From IMG/VR virus record IMGVR_UViG_3300042898_000589, positions 1,276 to 65,275 of that record: a DNA stretch of 64,000 nt; one strand, 5' to 3'. A program made the position numbers and the translations under genes. Under the pieces are notes generated by a model. That model was not told the DNA's origin. It saw only the letters and a list, made by a program, of their open reading frames with translations, and did not search any database. Source of the stretch: a virus. Taxonomy: Duplodnaviria > Caudoviricetes. Positions 21,080-29,559 of the stretch are shown here, piece after piece (positions within the stretch are counted from its first letter, which is position 1; each line of letters starts with the position of its first letter).

Positions 21080-21838
21080 TTAGTATTTTGCGCTGCCGTT
21101 GAATGTCTTTCTTGATGCGTTAATCAAACTTCCTACAGACTCAGAAGTAAAGCGTAAGTTAGCGTGGTGCTTCTTGTTGACATATTGGGTGAATGCGTAC
21201 TGCTTTTCCCCAGGAGAGAATGCCCTGTTGTATCTCATACTAGCGTAGTAGATGAAAGCCATAACAGGCTCAATCAAGAACGGGTGGATGAGGAACTGAC
21301 CATTGACTTTATTAGGGTCTGCCAGATACTCCAATACAATCTGCCCACTGACGTTGGAAGAGAACTGAATAGTTCCTCTAGTTTCGTCTACACGATAGGA
21401 GTAAACACCACCACCAGCATTTCCATATTGGCGACCAACGACCTGCCCATTTCTAAATACGTTCTGTAAGTCATCGTAAGTGAAGTAAAGCGGCTGACCA
21501 CTTGCGTTAACAGTTGGTGTTTCATTGTTTCCTGTGCTACAGTTATAGTTTCCTTCTGCATCCACCACCAAGGTATTGTCAGAGTAAATCTCTACGAATC
21601 TTCCAGCTCCATCTACGAAACCCATACGGATAACCCGTATAACGTCTTGCGGAAGCGTTACAGACGATAACGTGTCCACGGTGAGGACTTCTACCTTCGG
21701 CACTCCGTAAACGTCATACTGAAGCTCTTTGAGGCCTCTAATGGCGAACTGTAAATACTGTGGGTACTTGTGCATAGAGTCACGCCCCTCAGAGATAATG
21801 TACTCGCGTACGACTTCATCAAGACTAGCTGTTTGCAT
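21080..21838 (-). CDS. Tail ring/adaptor protein
   Basis: 252 aa. AIRGLKELQYD, LPQDVIR, GTIQFSS, IVLEYLAD motifs; position in tail block. Confidence 0.6.
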   Translation of the reverse strand: MQTASLDEVVREYIISEGRDSMHKYPQYLQFAIRGLKELQYDVYGVPKVEVLTVDTLSSVTLPQDVIRVIRMGFVDGAGRFVEIYSDNTLVVDAEGNYNCSTGNNETPTVNASGQPLYFTYDDLQNVFRNGQVVGRQYGNAGGGVYSYRVDETRGTIQFSSNVSGQIVLEYLADPNKVNGQFLIHPFLIEPVMAFIYYASMRYNRAFSPGEKQYAFTQYVNKKHHANLRFTSESVGSLINASRKTFNGSAKY

Positions 21839-22455
21839 TACCTGGGCGTGTTATCTGTTACTAAGTTGGGAGGGGATGCCATCTTGGTTTGTGCCATCTG
21901 TACTGCCATAGCGATTACATCGTACTCGCAATCTGTTGGCAGCGGCATCTCGTCAGCAGCATCAAGAGCTGTGCTGTCTGGAACAACCACAATCTTTAAT
22001 GAGTATCCATCAGCGATGGTGTCTACTCCGTATAGGTAAATCTTATCTAGCTTAGGGATGTATCCGATGCGACCCTCTAACTGGTAGGAGTCTAGACCCT
22101 TGAACATACCGAAGAAGCCAGTGTTGAGCGGAGCGATTAACTCCGATTCATCATTGGCGGGAGATACTTGAAAGATACCACCGTTGTTAGGCAGTCCTTC
22201 AAGAGTTCTCACTGGAAGGTTAGCATAGAACTTACCATACCCATCAGTGACTACGGGCTCGATATATTCCTTTAGACAGGAGTACGGAACCGTCTGCTCA
22301 CCAGTAGACTTATTTGAAAAGATATACTCTCTAATGTACTTATTTGCAGCTTGAGAGGCAACAAGCATAGCCTCCTGTACTGTGATGTTTCCACCAAGCA
22401 CAGTCTGGTTGAACAGCTTGACAACCTCCTCGCCCATTCTATACTTCGTAGCCAT
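21838..22455 (-). CDS. Tail ring/adaptor protein
   Basis: 205 aa, translationally coupled in the structural block. C-terminal MPLP...VIAMAV. Confidence 0.5.
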   Translation of the reverse strand: MATKYRMGEEVVKLFNQTVLGGNITVQEAMLVASQAANKYIREYIFSNKSTGEQTVPYSCLKEYIEPVVTDGYGKFYANLPVRTLEGLPNNGGIFQVSPANDESELIAPLNTGFFGMFKGLDSYQLEGRIGYIPKLDKIYLYGVDTIADGYSLKIVVVPDSTALDAADEMPLPTDCEYDVIAMAVQMAQTKMASPPNLVTDNTPR

Positions 22456-23156
22456 TATACTTCTTGCTGTGCTTCGTTGTTAACAAACTGATAGAGCTCC
22501 TGCTCACGTACCTCGATACCAAAGTAGCGACAGATGCGGAACACCAAGTCTCCAAAGTTATCCTCACCCAATACAAAGTTGGTAGAGTTACCAGCAGTAA
22601 CACCAGCATTCGGGTTAGTAGTTACACCGCCAGTTGCAGCGAACACAGGCTGTCCACTTACAATGGTGTAGTTCCACCAAGGCTGCTCAGGAATTCTAAT
22701 GTAGTTAAGTACTACCTGATTGATGTTTGTGGGACGCACCTCGAAGTTCCCAGCAATAGAACGAATGATAGGAAAGTTCTTTGTAGGCTTGTTAATCTCA
22801 GACATCAAACGCTCTGACCATTCTACATCTCTAATAAGCTGTACGGGAGTGGGACGTGCCTCATCTCCGAACATTGTATATGCGAATGCGGAACTGTAGT
22901 GAAGGTAGTTTGTAGGCTTTGTAATGAGTCCAGATGATACAGTGATAGGTACACTAGCCTTCAGCTCAGAGAAGTCGTCAGAGGACTGGTAATTGTTCTC
23001 ATACCCAAGCTTTGTAGATGGGTTGTAGTTCTCGTTAATCCAATCCAACTGAGCAAACTCTGCATAACGATTGAACTCAAGCGGGGAGATGTATCCCCCC
23101 ACCTGAGACTTGTTAGCAAAGAGCTGTACAGCTTTGTATACTTTATCAATGAACAT
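22455..23156 (-). CDS. Tail tubular/head-tail ring protein
   Basis: 233 aa. IDKVYKAVQLFANK..GYISPLEFN.YA..AQ and YIRIPEQPWWNY resemble crAss-like ring proteins. Confidence 0.65.
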   Translation of the reverse strand: MFIDKVYKAVQLFANKSQVGGYISPLEFNRYAEFAQLDWINENYNPSTKLGYENNYQSSDDFSELKASVPITVSSGLITKPTNYLHYSSAFAYTMFGDEARPTPVQLIRDVEWSERLMSEINKPTKNFPIIRSIAGNFEVRPTNINQVVLNYIRIPEQPWWNYTIVSGQPVFAATGGVTTNPNAGVTAGNSTNFVLGEDNFGDLVFRICRYFGIEVREQELYQFVNNEAQQEV

Positions 23157-23274
23157 TCAACTTCTCATTCAGTGCGGCAAGTGCCTTGATAATTTCAGCA
23201 CTCTGCGCAAGATTAAACGCTCCCTTTTGTGCGGCGTGGTCTAGAGCCGCTTCGATTACTTTGAAGTCTTCCAT
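23146..23274 (-). CDS. Small 42-aa protein (MEDFKVIEAALDHAAQKGAFNL...), possible fibre chaperone
   Basis: Fills the gap between two structural genes. Below the ORF-track length cutoff. Confidence 0.55.
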   Translation of the reverse strand: MEDFKVIEAALDHAAQKGAFNLAQSAEIIKALAALNEKLNVH

Positions 23275-23278
23275 TTTA

Positions 23279-25468
23279 TTAAGATGCAGTTACTAATTTG
23301 TAGGCTACTCCGTTTACAGTCAATTCAACATAGTTTCCGTTTGGAGTTACAGAACCAACAAGATGTCTTCCAAGCTGCCAATAGTTTACCATATCGGTAG
23401 ACAATGTTGTTGCAACGAATTGAGTATAGAATCTAGTAAGCCCACTTGCGAAAAATTCAAAAATAGTTCCAGGCGACCCAGAAATAGTTCTGACTAGTGA
23501 GAAGTTTCCAGGAGCTGTGCCAATTCCGTTTGCAGTTTGGAAGGTATAGTGGCTATCAGTTGCGTATACATTATTTCTAAACATCAATGTTGGACCACCT
23601 CCAAACAGCATCAAGGTGTTACCCACAGCAAGTGAAAATGTCCCAGTTGGGAGCGTCGCACCTACTGAAAACTGAGTTCCTCCAGCATTGGCATAGAAAG
23701 AACTCGCACCAGTTAGAATATTGCCAGGACCGTCAGAGAAGAATGGGATTCTGTTTGTAGTTGCAGAAGTGGTAGATGGGATTCCCAAGTCAGCCTTTGT
23801 CTGCCAACGAACAGCAGTCCCAGTAGTTGTCATTATGTTACCACTCGCTCCAGCCGTATCAGATTCATCATATACAGTTCCTCTGAAACGAACAGAACTA
23901 AAGAAATCGTTGTTACGGGTAGGGGACGCGGTACCAAAACCTACTCTGTCAGTAGTCGAGTCTACATAAAGCGTAGGACTATCAACACGAATATCAGTAA
24001 ACAGACCAGTTGTAGAACTTACAACAGTTGCGGATACAGTACCAAATGTATGTGTTCCAGTAAGCGTCTTAGTATTCTTCCACAGCCCAGTTGAAGTCTC
24101 GTATGCAAGCAGGTCGCTGTTTAGAGGAGTGGTAATTAGAACATCGTGCAGTTCATCAATATCGAATCCGTTCTGGATATTTACTTCGATAGACCCGTTG
24201 TTTGAAGAGCGGGTAACCACACCAATGAATACAGAGTTCAGTGGCTGGACTGGCTTAGTTGCAGTGAATGCTCCTGGAGTTACAGCAGACAACCAAAGCA
24301 AATCACCATCAGCAAATGCAGATGTATCTATGTTGTTTACAAGACCAAGAACTACAACGAATCCGTTAGAGTTATTGGATATGCTAGTAAGAACAACTCC
24401 AAAAGTTTTGCTGGAAGTTGCATCAGAATTAGCCTGAGCTTTTGCTATAGTCGGAAGTGACCCAGTAGCCCCGTTAATATAGACGACCGAACCAGCGCCG
24501 ATAGTCGCCCCAGAAGCATTGCGAACTTGAGAAACAACTGCTTGAGCATAGTTATTAACAACAGGAAGGAAAGGACTATTAGCAAAGCCAAGTACCTGCT
24601 CAGTTTCTTCAGAACCGCAACCACAGTCGCAATCTTCGCAGCCAGCGGCGAGTTTAATCTGCTCATAAATCTTCGGTAAATCTTCATACTTCTTACAGGT
24701 TGCGGCTTCTCTATACTGAGTCATCAATGCACCAACATAACTGTAGGTGGACAACAGCTCAGCGTAGTAAGAGCGGTTCTTAGATTGAGCTCCAACAACT
24801 TTCCTGCGCAATCCTTCGATGCAGCAGTAGATGTCGCACAGTGCGCTGTCGCACTCTACAACTTGAACATCATAAGCTGTTCCAATCTGCTGGTATGCAT
24901 AAGCTGCGTAAGAGGCAATCGCTGCGATGGAGTACGTAACGTCATAAGACATCGTGCTCTGCATAGAACCAGTCCACAATGTACCAGTGTCAATGTAAAG
25001 CTTTGACGTAGTATTAGCAACAGATACTAAAACAGGAGATGCGGAACTACCAACTGGGTATGTGAGCGTAAGTGAGCGAGAGGCAGTAGTTACTGTACCA
25101 ATAGAGCTGTATCCAGTCTTATCCTCAACATAGAAGTTCGGCGTGTAGCAGTCATAGGAAGACTCCAAGCACGGAACAAAAGGATGAGTTACAAAGTTTA
25201 CAGTAGAGGTAGCACTTACTCCAGCAGACGCTACGAAGTTTACGTAGTATACGCCCTGCGGAATGTTTCCTGTAGCATCAAGAGCAAGAGCAATGGGTTG
25301 GGTAACACCCAAAGCACCAGCGCTAATGTCATTAAAAGTACCAGCTAAGTTATTGTAGATGTCAGCCCCATTGAACTGAATCTGTAGTTTTCCAGTATCA
25401 CCAACGCCACCAGTTACGGCAATCTGAGCCGAGGTAGCGTTCTTGATAAATTTTACTGAGATTGCCAT
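23279..25468 (-). CDS. Structural fibre-like protein with a Cys-rich central region
   Basis: Likely ATG at 25468 (MAISVKF). CDSALCDIYCC and CEDCDCGCGS clusters, NASGATIGAGSVVYING domain, LHDVLIT..LLAY..GLWKN and DRVGFGTASP fibre motifs. Confidence 0.65.
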   Translation of the reverse strand: MAISVKFIKNATSAQIAVTGGVGDTGKLQIQFNGADIYNNLAGTFNDISAGALGVTQPIALALDATGNIPQGVYYVNFVASAGVSATSTVNFVTHPFVPCLESSYDCYTPNFYVEDKTGYSSIGTVTTASRSLTLTYPVGSSASPVLVSVANTTSKLYIDTGTLWTGSMQSTMSYDVTYSIAAIASYAAYAYQQIGTAYDVQVVECDSALCDIYCCIEGLRRKVVGAQSKNRSYYAELLSTYSYVGALMTQYREAATCKKYEDLPKIYEQIKLAAGCEDCDCGCGSEETEQVLGFANSPFLPVVNNYAQAVVSQVRNASGATIGAGSVVYINGATGSLPTIAKAQANSDATSSKTFGVVLTSISNNSNGFVVVLGLVNNIDTSAFADGDLLWLSAVTPGAFTATKPVQPLNSVFIGVVTRSSNNGSIEVNIQNGFDIDELHDVLITTPLNSDLLAYETSTGLWKNTKTLTGTHTFGTVSATVVSSTTGLFTDIRVDSPTLYVDSTTDRVGFGTASPTRNNDFFSSVRFRGTVYDESDTAGASGNIMTTTGTAVRWQTKADLGIPSTTSATTNRIPFFSDGPGNILTGASSFYANAGGTQFSVGATLPTGTFSLAVGNTLMLFGGGPTLMFRNNVYATDSHYTFQTANGIGTAPGNFSLVRTISGSPGTIFEFFASGLTRFYTQFVATTLSTDMVNYWQLGRHLVGSVTPNGNYVELTVNGVAYKLVTAS

Positions 25469-25495
25469 ATCAGTATGTGTGTTAGAAGTATGAAG

Positions 25496-25503
25496 CAAAG
25501 GTA
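25496..25503 (-). promoter_or_regulatory. -7 promoter element TACCTTTG
   Basis: TAnnTTTG just downstream of a terminator, upstream of the 25468 ATG. Confidence 0.55.
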
Positions 25504-25530
25504 CCTCACAACAGCTCTGGCCTTTTTGTA

Positions 25531-25558
25531 AAAACAAAAGCCCCCGATGTGGGGGCTT
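25531..25558 (-). terminator. Intrinsic terminator
   Basis: AAGCCCCC-5nt-GGGGGCTT hairpin followed on the minus strand by TTGTTTTT. Confidence 0.75.
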
Positions 25559-25581
25559 CTGCTTTACTGTGTGTCAGTCTC

Positions 25582-26634
25582 TTACAGAGTAGAGGATACT
25601 GCTACGATGATTGATTTACGCAGCTCTTCAGATGCGTCAATAGCTTCAATCAACTTAGCCTTACCCTTGTACTTCTCGTTAAAGAACTGATAGAAAGGAC
25701 CTTTAGCTTCTACTGCACCAACTTCAAGTGCAGCTTCTACTAAGTCGCCAGTAGGCAAGTCAGCCAACTCAACACCTAATGATTTCTGTGTAGCTTCAAC
25801 CAATGCTTCGTCGGATGGCTTGCGCTCAGTCTGCTTATTCATCTTACGTTGAATCTCCATCCAGGTTGTGCGGTGGGCTTGGTCAAAGGATACCTCTGCC
25901 ATATACTCCAATGCATCGTAGTTGGCGGGGACTGCTGTAATCTGACGACCATCAGCCCAAGTGATGCGGTCATCCAATACTCGGATGATACCACGGTCAC
26001 GTGCTTCTACTACTTCCTCGTGGCGTTGAACAACAGCACTGTCAATCAACTCAATGAAGTCTTGCGGGTTGTTCTGTGCAAAGGCTTGGATATCGTAAAG
26101 AATCAAGTCAGACTCTTTGTTTACGTCATAGCCCAAGTAACGTGCAAGCGGTACAATCTTCTCACGGAAGGGAGCTTCGTATACCATCTTGATTGCGTTA
26201 ACTACAGCACGAGTCTGTTCGTTCTGCTTCTTAGCCAAAGCTTCTGGGTTGTGCTCACGGAACATAGCCTTCTGTCCTGGGAGTCTCCAATCTTGGTTAG
26301 CTTCATTACTTGGGTGCAGGCGCAAGAACTCAAGCAAGTTCTTCTGAGTACGGGGTACAATCAGTACTCCATTCTGGAAGCTGGGCTTGGCAATAAGTCT
26401 AACGATGTTGCGGTCAGAATCAATCTTCTGCTCGTCTTTGAAAACAGATTTCTGTCCTGGGATGTAACGAATGGTGCGGATGTCACCAGTGTCGTCAATA
26501 GCCGTAGTCTCGGCTGGGATAGATAAAGAAATTGGGTAGCGACGGAAGTTACCAGCCTGGTCTCGGATGATGTTGCTCTCCGCTTCGTTGCAAAGGATGA
26601 ACGTGTAATGCTCACGCTCTCGTTGATTTTTCAT
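25582..26634 (-). CDS. Conserved protein downstream of the major capsid gene (crAss-like)
   Basis: 350 aa. IRYIPGQKSVFKDEQ, FQNGVLIVP, LLEFLRLHPSN motifs. Confidence 0.6.
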   Translation of the reverse strand: MKNQREREHYTFILCNEAESNIIRDQAGNFRRYPISLSIPAETTAIDDTGDIRTIRYIPGQKSVFKDEQKIDSDRNIVRLIAKPSFQNGVLIVPRTQKNLLEFLRLHPSNEANQDWRLPGQKAMFREHNPEALAKKQNEQTRAVVNAIKMVYEAPFREKIVPLARYLGYDVNKESDLILYDIQAFAQNNPQDFIELIDSAVVQRHEEVVEARDRGIIRVLDDRITWADGRQITAVPANYDALEYMAEVSFDQAHRTTWMEIQRKMNKQTERKPSDEALVEATQKSLGVELADLPTGDLVEAALEVGAVEAKGPFYQFFNEKYKGKAKLIEAIDASEELRKSIIVAVSSTL

Positions 26635-26659
26635 TTTACTTTTATTTTTGAATTGAATT

Positions 26660-26692
26660 AAAAAGAGATAAGGGGGAGCCTAAGCTCCCCCT
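26660..26692 (-). terminator. Intrinsic terminator after major capsid gene
   Basis: AGGGGGAGC-CTAA-GCTCCCCCT hairpin with a T-rich tail on the minus strand. Confidence 0.7.
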
Positions 26693-26706
26693 CTCCCTCG
26701 TGCTGA

Positions 26707-28149
26707 TTAGGCTCCTACGAACAAACCGAAACGGTTTAGTGCGAAGGCTTCCAAGCCAGTCTGTGCCAACATATTAACTTCAAAGAAGTCGTTGTTAGAG
26801 TTGGCAGCTCCCATACCGTAGCCAGTTACCCACTCGCGGTAGTCACGACCACCATCTTCGTTTTGCAGGTAGTTGATACGCAAGGAAGGAACAGTAACAC
26901 CAGTAGTGGAGTTCATATTGTTGTAGGTGATAGTGTCATCCATCGGGATAACCATACCCAAGTCCTTGTAGATACCACCAGCATAACCCAAGAAGTTAGG
27001 GTCAGAGAAGATATCCAAGGTCTTAACAGCGAACTTAAATCCACCGTATTCGAAGGCGTCGAAAGAAAGCTTAATAGCCTGCTCTTGTACACCGTTGAAT
27101 GCGTTAAAGATAACACCACCGTTAGCGGCTGCTGAAAATCCAAGTCCAGTTCCACCGCGGAAGATAGCGTCGATACCCAACTTCAAGTTGTGACCAACGG
27201 CCAACATATTCTCGCGAGCACCACGGTACTTCTGCAACTCCTTCACCATATTCTCGACGTCAGTCAAGGTAAATCCAGTGGACAAAGAGTAGCTTTCTAC
27301 GTTACCGTTACCAGAGATTTGAGGAATCAAACCTTCAGTCGTGGTGATTGTAGCTGCGTTGTTGATACCAGTCGTGGTGGTAGCACCAGTCAACGGAGTA
27401 TTCAACTTCTTACCAGCCAACAATACAGCCTCACGCTCGTTCAAGAAGCGGTGGTACTCATCATTGATACCTTGCAAGTACCAGAAGTAACCCTTCTGAC
27501 CGTCCTTACCTTCAACCTCAATCCAGGTTTTAACACCCATTTCAGTGTTGGTAACACGGTGCGTACGGCGCTGGATTTGCAGAGCACCACTGTAGGACAA
27601 CAGCTGTGAGTTGCGAGACTCAGGAGCAGAAGAACCTTCAGGCATTGCATTACCCAAGATGATGATATCATCAGTCAAAGCGATAGCGGGACGAGTCTCA
27701 GAAGATACAACAGAAGTTGCAGTGAAAGCTCCACCGTTAACAGCAGTGATGATACCTTGCCATCCTTTTACTTCGATGATATCATACAAAGAAGGCATAA
27801 AGGTGGTGTACGCTTGAGCAGTAGGATAGGGGCTATCACCGCTGAAGTTGTAGTTGTAAGCTGCGGCAGCCGTAGAAGCCAAAGGAGTAGAGCCAGAAGC
27901 TGCAGTAGCAGACAAACGGAACACACCGTGGATACGGTCTTGCTCGTAGTGATGGAACTCGATTGCGTTAATCGGATTCATATTACCCAACATCGCCATA
28001 AATCCAGTGATGTCTTGGCGACCATAGCGCATAATGTATTGCGGGTCAACCTCGGGCTTGTGCAGACCTTGTGCAAGGTCTAAAGACGAAATGTAGTTAT
28101 ACTCGGTAGCTACCTTCGTAATGTTTGGTGTTTTTGTTGCTACAGCCAT
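26707..28149 (-). CDS. Major capsid protein
   Basis: 480 aa with strong codon bias, followed by a terminator. RYGRQDITGF, WIEVEGKDGQKGYFWY, TTEGLIPQI, FDAFEYGGFKF motifs. Order portal-scaffold-MCP. Confidence 0.8.
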   Translation of the reverse strand: MAVATKTPNITKVATEYNYISSLDLAQGLHKPEVDPQYIMRYGRQDITGFMAMLGNMNPINAIEFHHYEQDRIHGVFRLSATAASGSTPLASTAAAAYNYNFSGDSPYPTAQAYTTFMPSLYDIIEVKGWQGIITAVNGGAFTATSVVSSETRPAIALTDDIIILGNAMPEGSSAPESRNSQLLSYSGALQIQRRTHRVTNTEMGVKTWIEVEGKDGQKGYFWYLQGINDEYHRFLNEREAVLLAGKKLNTPLTGATTTTGINNAATITTTEGLIPQISGNGNVESYSLSTGFTLTDVENMVKELQKYRGARENMLAVGHNLKLGIDAIFRGGTGLGFSAAANGGVIFNAFNGVQEQAIKLSFDAFEYGGFKFAVKTLDIFSDPNFLGYAGGIYKDLGMVIPMDDTITYNNMNSTTGVTVPSLRINYLQNEDGGRDYREWVTGYGMGAANSNNDFFEVNMLAQTGLEAFALNRFGLFVGA

Positions 28150-28168
28150 TGTAGTAATTTGTTAGTTA

Positions 28169-29245
28169 TTAGCGACGTTTCTGCAAGAGTGCAATCTGTT
28201 CGATGGCCTGACTGAATGGGTCTTTGCTGATGTCTTGTTTCTGTTGCTGGAGGTTCACTGAACTATTCTCCAACCCCGAGACAACTGCCTCTTTACCTTT
28301 CGACACGCCCTGGTCGTAGATTGCTTTTGATATTCTGTCAAAGTCACTTAGGATTAACAGGTCGCGTTTTAAGCGATTGAAGTTAATCTGTTTTGATTCC
28401 TTGTCCAAGTAGTTATCTACAAAGAACGTGGAACTGTTGACTACGGACGACTCAATGAATCTCTTACTATCTTCATTGGGGAAGAACTTAATCTCCATAT
28501 CGTCGGACAGTTTGAAGGACTGCTCATTGAAAGCATTCACCTCTTGTTTAACAAGCATATTAAACTTGGCGAGTGTTTCCTGGTCAGCCTTCTTTTGACT
28601 TTCAATTGACTGAAGGTCTACCTTTGGCAGTTGAAGTTTGTTCTTATGCTCAGAGAGTTTAGTTCTAGCTCTCGTAGCATCAATTGACAAGTCTTCCATT
28701 GCCTCGATATACTCATCATCATTAACGTCGAACGACTCGTCAAACAAAGCGGGATACTGACGTTTCATCAGTCGCTCTACTTGAGATACATTCAACTCTG
28801 GATTGTCGACCGTTAGTTCGAGTCGTTTCAATTCCAAAGCGTCACGCTTTTGCGCGACGTTAAACGATTGTAAATCAATCGATTGCCATTTCCAAAAATC
28901 TGGGGAGTCTACGTCAACACCAGCCTTAGCGAGTTCATTCAATTTCTTGATGGCCTCGTTAGCGAACTCTTCCTTAGGAGTGGACAGCTTGGTTTCGTAT
29001 TCACGAATCTTTGCTTCGTACTCCTGGCGAATCTTATCCACGTCAGCCATAGGCTGTACAGGAGGATGAACCGTAGAAGGGTCGATAGGCGTTGGTTCAG
29101 CGTGAGCTGACTCAACTGGTGGTGCGGGTGTAGGCTCCGCAGTTGGTGTATTATCTAAAGAACTTCCATCTGTTTGTGCGGGAGATTCCGATGGTGCGAA
29201 TCCTGCTGCGGCAGCGAACTGCTTTGCGATATCCGATTCAGTCAT
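28169..29245 (-). CDS. Putative capsid scaffolding protein
   Basis: 358 aa. P/E-rich N-terminus, acidic coiled coil, AIYDQGVSKGKE; immediately upstream of MCP. Confidence 0.6.
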   Translation of the reverse strand: MTESDIAKQFAAAAGFAPSESPAQTDGSSLDNTPTAEPTPAPPVESAHAEPTPIDPSTVHPPVQPMADVDKIRQEYEAKIREYETKLSTPKEEFANEAIKKLNELAKAGVDVDSPDFWKWQSIDLQSFNVAQKRDALELKRLELTVDNPELNVSQVERLMKRQYPALFDESFDVNDDEYIEAMEDLSIDATRARTKLSEHKNKLQLPKVDLQSIESQKKADQETLAKFNMLVKQEVNAFNEQSFKLSDDMEIKFFPNEDSKRFIESSVVNSSTFFVDNYLDKESKQINFNRLKRDLLILSDFDRISKAIYDQGVSKGKEAVVSGLENSSVNLQQQKQDISKDPFSQAIEQIALLQKRR

Positions 29246-29261
29246 TTCAGTTAAGTGTTAT

Positions 29262-29280
29262 TATCTTTGATACAAAATTA
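29262..29280. promoter_or_regulatory. Face-to-face overlapping -7 promoter elements
   Basis: Plus-strand TATCTTTG at 29262-29269 toward the HTH gene; minus-strand TAATTTTG at 29273-29280 toward scaffold/MCP. Confidence 0.55.
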
Positions 29281-29313
29281 TACCTGGCTCACTGCCAAGA
29301 ATTTGTAAAAACT

Positions 29314-29559
29314 ATGGGAACAAAAGAGAATCTGTTTACCTTCAATAAGATTCATATAGCGAAAGGGCTACGTGGACTAAGGAGAATGAAGGGCTATACA
29401 CTAGAAGAGTTAGCTTGCTGGACTGGGAAAGACGTTGGCTATCTGTCAAGAGTTGAGAACGGGAAGTGCGTACCTAAGATTAAAACACTTAGTGATATAC
29501 TATCGTTCTATGAGATGACTATTAAAGACTTCTACTTGAAGCTTGATAATCTCATTTAA
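29314..29559 (+). CDS. XRE/Cro-C1-type helix-turn-helix regulator
   Basis: LRGLRRMKGYTLEELA..TGKDVGYLSRVENG..VPKIKTL. Likely ATG at 29314. Confidence 0.85.
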   Translation: MGTKENLFTFNKIHIAKGLRGLRRMKGYTLEELACWTGKDVGYLSRVENGKCVPKIKTLSDILSFYEMTIKDFYLKLDNLI

